The notes beneath the pieces were generated by a model. It did not search any database and was not told the origin of the DNA. It saw only the letters and a program-made list of their open reading frames with translations. Shown one piece after another: positions 55,096 through 64,000 of a stretch of 64,000 nt of DNA. Position 1 is the stretch's first letter. Each line of letters starts with the position of its first letter. Source of the stretch: Tubiluchus corallicola (lineage: Eukaryota; Animalia; Priapulida). The DNA lies in the NCBI GenBank assembly GCA_030141605.1, contig JAQGDQ010000313.1, positions 62,001 through 126,000 of the forward strand, given 5' to 3'. Made by a program: the position numbers and the translations under genes.

Positions 55096-56739
55096 AGACT
55101 GACTGACAGACAGACAGGGAAAGAACAAGGAAGAGGATAAGAAGGTGGCGGAAGGGAGGGAGATATAGAGGGAGGAGCAAACAGAGATTGAGAAATCTAA
55201 GGCGTTTTCCTAGTAAAATTGCATTTTTAGGAATTGAAAAGTAGCCGTGATTTTCCATTCAAAAAATCTTTCTGGGAAATGTTCTTCCTGTGAAATGAGG
55301 TTTCTAGGAAAAATATTTTCTGGGGAAAAAAATTCGGGCAATTTTTTTTTCTGGAAAGTTAGTTTTTCTGGGAAAATGTTTTTCTGTGAAACGCTTTTTC
55401 TAGGAAACGGCCCTAAACCGGGATTGGTTCACTGGCCATGAAGTGCTACACTTCGAAGAAAGTAAAAGAACGTGTTAAATATCATCCCTGTGGACTTGCA
55501 AAGTAAACGAGAACGAACTACATCGATTAAACAGTATCGAACTGTGAGATTTCACTTTATTAATTGTTGAAGTTTTGTGTATTTTATAAATCATTCAATA
55601 GGGTTTGGAAAAAACATCATGTACAATTAAATCCACCATCAGTTGACGAGTTTTTAATCATGTTTTTTTATTGATGCGAACGTAATGAATGAATGAATGA
55701 GTACACTAGTAACACCAAAAAACACGCTCCGTAATAAGAACGTAGTACGTGCTTCTGTCTGATGTATCAGGTGGTGTAAAAATATGCCGAAGTTTTGATG
55801 ACGATACTATAAGAAGAAAATAGTTCTCTCTTTTTATTTAAAGAAGTTTAATTTTTGATGTTACATTTTCGAGTAGGTATGGCAACTTGCTTTAATGTAC
55901 AGCCAGCTGTAAATCCCATGATAGTCTACTGTAAAATAAGTAACTGCATCCAGGATGTACAATTCAAACGCAACATTTAAACAGATACGCCTTTCCATAT
56001 GCGAAAAACTATAACACTATGAGTGTTCAACCTACGTCTAGGACGCATCGTGCAAATGGGCTCATATTTAAATTAGCACACGAACAGTTCTAGACACACT
56101 TATCAAGCTTAAAATTTCAAGTGATACTAGAACGCCTACTAGCATAAAGCACCCAAAATGTATGACCAAGTTCTGTTATTCTTCATAGATTACGCTGGGT
56201 TTACTAGTCCTTTGAAGTACACGTGTGCACCTTAGCGACATCTATAAAATTTGCACGAAGGGATCATCATTACCTGTTGAATACACCCTTGCGCTCATAA
56301 ACTCTGCAGGTGTGCAAAAGAAAGGTCCCGCTTCGTGCTTTGATTGTTCGTATAATTTAGCTTGGATCAAACAAATTGTAAACATCACAAACGAACCTGA
56401 AACATAAACAGGCTTGCGATTTAAATGAAGGAAAACTATATTAAACTATATTACCTGACACTATAATACGAAGAGATAGAGTCTAGCTTACAGACTGCGG
56501 ACTTGTAAGATTACAGTAATTATAATAATCACCTGCCAGTAATAATTCATGTTGTTTACAATCTTCGTTATATTCCTAAAAACGCAAAGTTAATAGGTTA
56601 CCTGCTAAACAGTAGATGATTCCAGTGACCAAGATAGCGGTCAATTGCCGGTTTAATAAGGCGAATGTTCCTGTTAAAGCAGCACTTGCAATGAGAATCA
56701 AGCTCACAATGGAACTGGAAACAGAGGAATTTCTCATTC
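53517..56739 (-). CDS. 3' exons of a claudin/PMP22-superfamily four-pass membrane protein (TMEM178-like); 5' part not resolved
   Basis: Three phase-compatible GT-AG exons: 56602-56739 (GMRNSSVSSSIVSLILIASAALTGTFALLNRQLTAILVTGIIYCLA), 56274-56396 (GSFVMFTICLIQAKLYEQSKHEAGPFFCTPAEFMSARVYST), 53517-53656 (GWSVTMAWTGSGFCILSALVWLILAHKARRSPFILTDTEENVDEIS, TGA). Three hydrophobic helices plus the GWSxxxAW motif that precedes TM4 in this superfamily. The TMEM178 subfamily call is from memory of sequence resemblance only. Confidence 0.8.
54160..55420. mobile_element. MITE-like element with inverted arrays of short subterminal repeats
   Basis: Left 54177-54325 has repeated TTTCCCAGAA/TTCCCGAAA units; right 55269-55410 has the reverse-complement units TTCTGGGAAA/TTCTAGGAAA. 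Exact ends uncertain. Confidence 0.65.
55024..55116. repeat. (GA)n microsatellite followed by (GACT/GACA)n
   Basis: Directly visible. Confidence 0.95.
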
Positions 56740-57930
56740 CTGCGTAGAAAACAAAAATATTTGAAAAGCATTTTGCCAGCAGAAAAGTATGCCCCGTAAA
56801 CATTATCGTCGGTATTTGCGTTACCATTAGCATTAACAAAAAAGCTTACATTACTAAGACATAAACTAAATTTTGAAATTCGTACCAAATAAAAATTTTC
56901 ATTTATTTTTTGTCTTTTGGGAAACTAGATTAAAAACATTCTGGATTCTTATCTAATTCCCATTCGTCTATTTGTCTGATGCCTATTTGTCTAATATTGC
57001 AAGATGGAACAAATTTCTTAATTGCAAGATGGCTGGGTTGCTTTTGTTAGGCCTATTCTTTATCTAAATAAAGATTATGGAAAAGTAAGAGCACTTGAAT
57101 TTAGGTACAGGAAATACTGGTAATAATATCTTGTTTACAATAAACAAAGTTATAATTGTAATGAACAATTTGATTTATAGTCTATGAAAAGATTCTTTAG
57201 AAAAAAGTTACCCTTCACATATTTCTCTCTACTGATTTTACAACTGCAATTACTGTTTGTTAATAATACAAACGTTCTGCGTTGCCGTTTATTTTTGCCA
57301 GATGTTCAACGGCAAATGCCGTATTTTGTTTAAATTTGCCAACCTTCCCAATGATTTGATGAGTATAAATGTCTCATTAATAATAATACCACAGGTTTCC
57401 CTAGTGGCTTGGAGTAATTGTTATTATCAACCTGTTTGAAGCGTGCGAGATGTTAGCATATAAATTTGCACTGCGCGGGTGAATGATCAGTTAATGGATT
57501 CGTGATTACAAAGATCGCCCAAAAACCGTCTAAGCTGAGGTGTTTCACAGGAAGCTAATACAGAATTTGTATCAATTATTTATAGTCTTTCGTAACTTAT
57601 TTTTAAAATTTTATTTTAATTCGAAGTAGTATCATGAAGGTGGAGAAAGAATTATAACAGCAATATGTCAACCCTGCTTCGTGGCAAAACGGGAACTAAC
57701 TCGCTAACCTGTTTAAGTGTAGAGAGAACAGAGAGAAGTCAGGCGCGACATCACATTCACACTCTTAAGTTTAAATTACTGGCCTACTACAGTACATATT
57801 TTTTAACAATTCTTATTGTGAAGATTAATATCTAAGGCCTAATTAGTTGAAATCAGCTAAGTTAGCGTGAGCGATGTAACATACTCACTGGATAGCTATA
57901 AGACATGACCTTTCGCCCCTCATTAACACT

Positions 57931-58080
57931 GGGGATCACAGTATAGCCTAGTGGTACTGGCATCTGCCTTGCAAGCGGAAAATCTGTGATTCAAATCCCG
58001 GCTGTGTTTCAACTGTTCACATTTCCTGTCTTTGAAGTTCGATAGCAAAATTTAATTATGTGCTTGCACCATCAATACGG
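57931..58080 (+). mobile_element. tRNA-derived SINE, best-preserved copy (tRNA-Ala(TGC)-like head)
   Basis: GGGGAT..TAGCCTAGTGGTA A-box, anticodon-like arm TCTGC-CTTGCAA-GCGGA, near-B-box GATTCAAATCCC, then a non-tRNA body (TTCACATTTCCTG...AAAATTTAATT) shared with other copies in the window. Confidence 0.65.
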
Positions 58081-59413
58081 ATTTTCTCATTGCATAATCT
58101 TCAATTAGTGGCAGGTCATGTTAAAACTAAACTGGCTACTGGTCTGTTTGACTACAAGACGACTGACTCCAGCACCTTACAGTTTTTTGCACGTTTGTTG
58201 TGTGTTTGAAGTACAGTCAATGGAATTTCCGTGGCACAGTGCTGAGAACTGAGGGAAGTGCTAGCTATACAGGTATATAGATGCGTTTATGAATTACACA
58301 CTAGTTAGTTTCATTATGATACATTTGTTTCCTCGATTTATGTGTTGCAGCTCTTTTTCATTTCCTGAATTCGGGTCACTTCCCATGAGCATGTTATTTT
58401 ATCGTGCCGAGTAGGAACGCACGCTAAATGCAATAAAATGCAATGCAATACACATTTCCATTTAGCAGCGCTATTCAAACTAGTTAATTAGCTAGAGTCT
58501 CTTTGGGGAAAACTGCAAATAAATACAGAAAAATCAAACAATTTCTGCAGCTGTGAGGTCTAGGGAATAAACGTTGTGACACTGTGACTGGAAAAATATC
58601 ATTTGATAAATAACTGCATGTCATTGCTTTTTGCGTTGAGCATTACTCGCCTGTAAAAATTTCTGAAGCTCTCAGATAAAGAACTATTAGAAAATTAGAA
58701 AACAATTTAGAAATTTGTTGAATTTCTAAAAATAAAATTAAAACGAAAGTAAAATATGGCCAACACGTAGTTAATTTTATATGTAATTCAATTTAGTTCT
58801 GTCAACTATGATGTTGTTCGACACACTATACAAAACCGATTTAATGTTGAGGATGTGGAATAAGGAACCCGAACTGCGCTCATTATCAAGACTACGTCTG
58901 TAAGATCAGTAGCTTAACCAGCAGTGGTGGCTTCGCCACGTTCAGGTGTGAATGCATCCTGGCTCTGCCAATCAGATAATGCAAATCACTGTGGTAAATG
59001 GAACCGCCGACAAAAATACTGAAACAGGCGATGCACAAACCAAATACGCGCGATGATCATTCGTCGATGCTCCCAGAGAATGTGACAGCTGCTTAAGCTT
59101 AACCTCTTCGTTTCATAGGATTGAAAGTGCTACAGAAAAAAAAATTCAGGGCAACGTCTTGTAAACAATGTTTTTACTTCAAAACCAAAACAACTATGGG
59201 AGAACGGACAATTTTACTTTTTGCGCGTTTCAGTGTGCGAGTTATGAAAGTATTGTATGTGTTTAATTTCAAGTGTCTAAATGTCTTTTTAAAAGTGCAT
59301 TAATGCCCTGTAATTTTAATGTATATGAGGACAGTTCTTAGATTCTAGTAACGAGACTTGGATAAAATTTAATTGCTTAACCTGGCATCAACGTTTATAG
59401 AGACAGATTGCAT

Positions 59414-59852
59414 GTTATTTCTCCATGGCACACTTCGCCGGTGGCATGGTTCGCCACTACTACAGTTCGCCACAAAACTTTTTCCACACCCATGTGGGTA
59501 CCATATTTAAAATATGTAACAAAGGTATCGATATATCTATGAGTCGAGCCATACCACTGGCAGACAAAAACAGTTTGTTTGTTTGTGGATAAGCTATTAA
59601 CATAGTAGAGAAATTTTACTGGCGACCTGTACTAGTGGCGAACCGTACCACTGGCGAACTGTACTCGTCGCGAACCATACCACTGGCGAATTGCACTACT
59701 GGCGAACTGTACTACTAGTGGCGAATCGTACCACTGGCGAATTGTACTAGTGGTGAAATATACCACTGGTGAATTATACTACTAGTGACGAACCGTACCA
59801 CTGGCGAACTGTACTAGTAGCGAACTGTCAAGTGGCGAAATAGGTGAATACC
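59414..59852. mobile_element. MITE-like element with a 15-bp-unit subterminal array
   Basis: About 15 units resembling ACTGGCGAACTGTAC/TAGTGGCGAACCGTACC at 59618-59840, and three inverted units (TTCGCCAC-like) at 59433-59474. Confidence 0.7.
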
Positions 59853-62800
59853 ATAGAGACATATTAGCAAGTGACGAATGATAATTCTAATCAATTAAAG
59901 CCGGGCACGCGCGGCAGCTGAATGACATATAGCGTGTCGGTCATAACGTAGATCAATTAAAATTGATTAAATGATCATTGAACGTAGAAAAGGTTAAATA
60001 AAAACCCAATGTGCTATAGCAACCGCTGTGTTAGCAAAACTGATTATTGTACAATGTTTCACGTAAACTATTTTCCTGGTAAAATGGCATCGCTTGTCTA
60101 TGAAATCAAATTTCTTTGGAATACGTCGTTTTCCTGAAAACAGATTCTGGTTTTCTATGTTTATTATATTTTTTGTTTGTTTGTTGTCTACTTATTTGTT
60201 TCTTTTTCTCTAAAATCGTTTAGTTAAAACGGAGTTATAGGTTCAGCTCTTGGGCTCCTTTACCTAGCTACAAAAATGTTATTGAACGTCATTCAGTTTA
60301 ATAAAGGTTTTACAAGTGTAAACGTCCTTCGTAGAATCGAGTTTGAGGAGTTTAATCGATATAAAATTGAATGTTGATAACAGAAAAATGACACCAATTC
60401 TTAACCTTCTGTCACCGGCAATGGGGCGTAATCGAACCCGCTGCATGAAAACAGAAGAAACGTTAATGTTGTTTTCTTTAACTAGCTTTGTTAATTAGCA
60501 AAAGCTGCATTGAGTGTAATTGTGAAAAATTATAAAAAAATCACTACGAAAATAATTAACATTTGTTCATTTTTTTACTATATCAAATAATGGGGAATGT
60601 CAATACGACATAATATCGGTAGCAACCTGACTATGTTGTCAGGTTATAACAAAGTAAGTGATGTGTGAGAGATCAAACAACATCTGTAGCGGTAAAACGA
60701 TTTAATTAAATAAACACGCTTGGGGTGCTTTTACACCCAATTTTTGGGAGCCGAGAGTAGACCATTAACGGCATTTTTTAATTTTCCCATGTTTTAAGTG
60801 TTGATTACTGGCATCAAGCCTGCAAATAAATTCCAAATGACAAGGCCTAGTATCGCAGATTACGACCCTGGTTATTAATAAGGGCCGTCATCGCCTGCAC
60901 CTAATACTGTGAGCACCCTCTTTGGAGTTTTACATGCTTGCGAGTATCCAGGATCGATACTCCATTACAACACATCCAAAGAACTGCAAACAACTCTGTA
61001 TTTATATGAATATTTCATAAATTTGAAGCGTACAAAAGAATGAATTTATATGAACTTATTTGATTTGCAGTCCCAGTGTGTGTCTATGAATATTAGAACA
61101 AGAGCACCGTTTTCTTCAGCATTTCTCTCTCGATTTTTAGAAATGAAATTGTTTTTGAAAGATGAAAGCGAATTTTTGAAAGATGGTCATGTTTTTTTTT
61201 TTGAAAAGTTGCCTTTAACGAAGTGAGATAAAATATGTTTAGAACTGTGTGATTTGGCTGCAAGTAAACATTCTATTTACTGATTAATATTTTTACCGTC
61301 TCTGTGTATTTTTTTGCCTTGGGGTTAGAATCTTTGAAGCACACATTGTTTTCACAAACAACAAGTAATAACAGTAAAAATTTCCAATAAGTAGCTATAC
61401 GATTAGCCAGCTAAGCAATTCTAAATTTCTATGTTTCGTAATTTGGATACATTAGTGCTCTATATATCATCACAGCTAATTCTGTATGCCTTAATAGCCA
61501 ATATAATAGTGCTAAATATAGCCGAATTGCTAAATTATTACGTTGGAAAATATGACTTTGATACATTTACAATTAATGTCTAAATTTCAAGTAATTTTTC
61601 TATCCATAGAATATTTTCACATAGGCATTGTACTTACTTTCAAGATTTTTAAAAGTTAGCGACTTTCCGCAAAGTTGGTAGCAGGATAGTGTTTTTCTAT
61701 CCAAATAGCTGTAACAACGGGAGCAGTTGTAACCCATGGCAACCGAATGCTCACGCATCTCAACTAAAATAATATATCAGTTTAATAAGTACAGTCTCAG
61801 TTACGTGATTATTGTGATCCAATTTATTAATTTGTTAGCCAATACTGCTTTTTCATTCATTTCATTCATTCACTCATGTAATCGATTTCGTCCTTCAAAT
61901 TTTAATAATAAGATTTGTTACTGAATAAGGGTAATTTTATTCGTTTTTTTTCAGCCAAACAATATCACTTGCAAATTGTCAGCGTTGTTGTTAATCCGTT
62001 GTTAGTTGATAAGCTGATTATGTAATAAGTAATTACTATTGGAGGGGCTTACTTATTATGAACTACGACGCGCTGCACGATCCCTAAGCCTACCTTTTTC
62101 AGCATTATTTTAATTCGGTGGTTCTACTGTTGGTGATATTATTTGCAGAGTATAATACATGACCTCCGAACAAACTCACAGGCCTGGTGCTTATTAAAGA
62201 AAAAATAACAAACCATGGGAATATTAAAGGAAATCCAATCCAAGCAAGTATAGTGATATCTACAAAAGTTTAATGCTTGTTTTTAGTTAATTGTTAAGTA
62301 CCAGGGTCCGCATATAGGTAGTCACATACAAAAAATTGAAGCACAGCAAAACACTCTTCATAAGTAAGGCTCAAAAATTCGTCTTAAAAATTTTTATCGC
62401 TTGCACGCTGTCTTATTGCACACAGGACTTGCGTTAGCAGTAACATTGTATACAACTTGTAAATTTAAACTCCCGTAATGACCGTTAGGCACAGCTTTTT
62501 TAACGACAAGTCATTTTAAGCAAGTTTAGGTAACATGGCGTAAATTTTAATCACCTTTAACACTGCGTAAAGTTTGACAAAATAAACAGAGCATTCCTAG
62601 TACTCTCTTCACTAACTAAGCAAAAGCATTAATTACTTTACATAGCCAGCAAGGTCAGTAACGTGTTTTAGCAGCCAATGGTGCACACTAGGATGGTGAT
62701 ACAGTGACGTTTAACCAGGAAACGCGAACATTTTAAATTATTAAGAATTTTCTTTCCAAAACATCCGAACTGAAAGAAACTGCTGCGTTGTTCACAAAAG

Positions 62801-64000
62801 AAATGAGGCAGAGAAAATGCATTCTTGTGATCGGCAGATTTTGTAAAACTAGTAACTACTGCAAAGAGAAGAAGTTAAAATGTGTTCTTGCGACAAACAC
62901 TCGTCACAACTATCAACAACACTGCTACTCTTGAGCCGATGTAGAGGTTCGTGGTAGACAGCTTATTGACAACCTGTGATAACATTAATAATGTCCAAGA
63001 AGCACAGTAAGGTTTCAAATATTTAATTGATAATTGGTAACACGCTAACAGGACAGTAATATCTCGATATCATCTTTATAACAAAGACAAATTCCAGTAA
63101 AACGCAAAGCATGACCTGCTCATGTACAGGTTAGAAAACCTTACCAATACACAGTTCGGGCTTGAACATTTGAAAGACAACTAATAAAATTCCATTATTC
63201 GAATATTGAACTGAAGAAAAATTCTGCCTATTTCACCTTTGCAATATCACAAAAAGTTTTTGCATTTCTTTCTAACGTCAAGAAATAACCAAACTGTCTC
63301 TTTTGCCACATCGAAATAATAATGCTTCTTTACTTTCATATTACCTCAACACAAGTGCTTCAACTTAGCTTTGATTTTCCTAAATACATATTCTTGTTCG
63401 CAAAAACACGATGGTCACGTGATCAGAGAGCACATCATTGATTGGTTTTAACAAATAAATTAAATTGCCCATTGAGAAAGAACAACGGTTAAATAACTCA
63501 CAAAACCACATAGCATATCGGTTACTCCTTTTCTCTCTGCAAAAGTAGCATGTTTTTCACCGCATTAACTTTCTTTATGTTTATTTTTTATCTGAACTTA
63601 GTGTTATATCTATATCTCTTTGTCACCATGTCTTATAAACCGCCCTTTTGCTCCTTATATATTTTCATTGTAAATATTTTTCTGTCTTTAAACTTCACTT
63701 ATTTACTAAGTTTGGCCACGAAATAACATGTCAGGAAGTGGTGCGCCATTGTTTATACGAAATGATTTACCATTCATCCAGAGTTAAGATTTAACAATGT
63801 CTGATGAGAATGTTGAAACAATATTTGTGGAAATATGGTGTAATAATCGTTCACCGGCAAAAGCCCATTATTATTTAATGTCAAAAAATCAGATATTTTA
63901 GCTACAGTTAACAAACACTCAAAACATGCATTCGTAACCGGTAGTTTTTTATTTTCAGACTGATTTTGATACTAAACGTTTTCTTGATAATATTTTTTTA

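Noticed and set aside
57931-58010. Functional tRNA-Ala gene
   Set aside because: The B-box and T-arm are degenerate, and the sequence continues into a body shared with other dispersed copies, which fits a SINE.
59618-59840. Regular short repeats resembling a CRISPR array
   Set aside because: Units are contiguous 15-mers with no unique spacers, there are no cas genes, and the context is eukaryotic.

Overview
This is AT-rich, intron-rich eukaryotic genomic DNA, most likely from an invertebrate animal; most ORF-track entries are exon fragments or low-complexity noise. Two complete head-to-tail paralogous GH31 alpha-glucosidase genes (maltase-glucoamylase/sucrase-isomaltase/GAA family) lie on the minus strand. 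Gene B spans 49052->26066 (23 exons, 973 aa by my hand-spliced model) and gene A spans 22201->3556 (24 exons, 1030 aa). All introns are GT-AG, and the 19 internal exons downstream of the trefoil region have identical lengths in the two genes. Each protein has a signal peptide, a tandem array of trefoil (P-type) domains (4 in A, 3 in B) with an unusual C-x-W-C in place of the canonical CC, and one intact GH31 catalytic module. The 3' half of a claudin/PMP22-superfamily (TMEM178-like) tetraspan gene lies upstream at 56739->53517. Introns and intergenic DNA hold degenerate LINE fragments, a tRNA-derived SINE family, several MITE-like elements, minisatellites and microsatellites. There is no CRISPR array, rRNA or convincing functional tRNA. 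All coordinates and alignments were made by eye.
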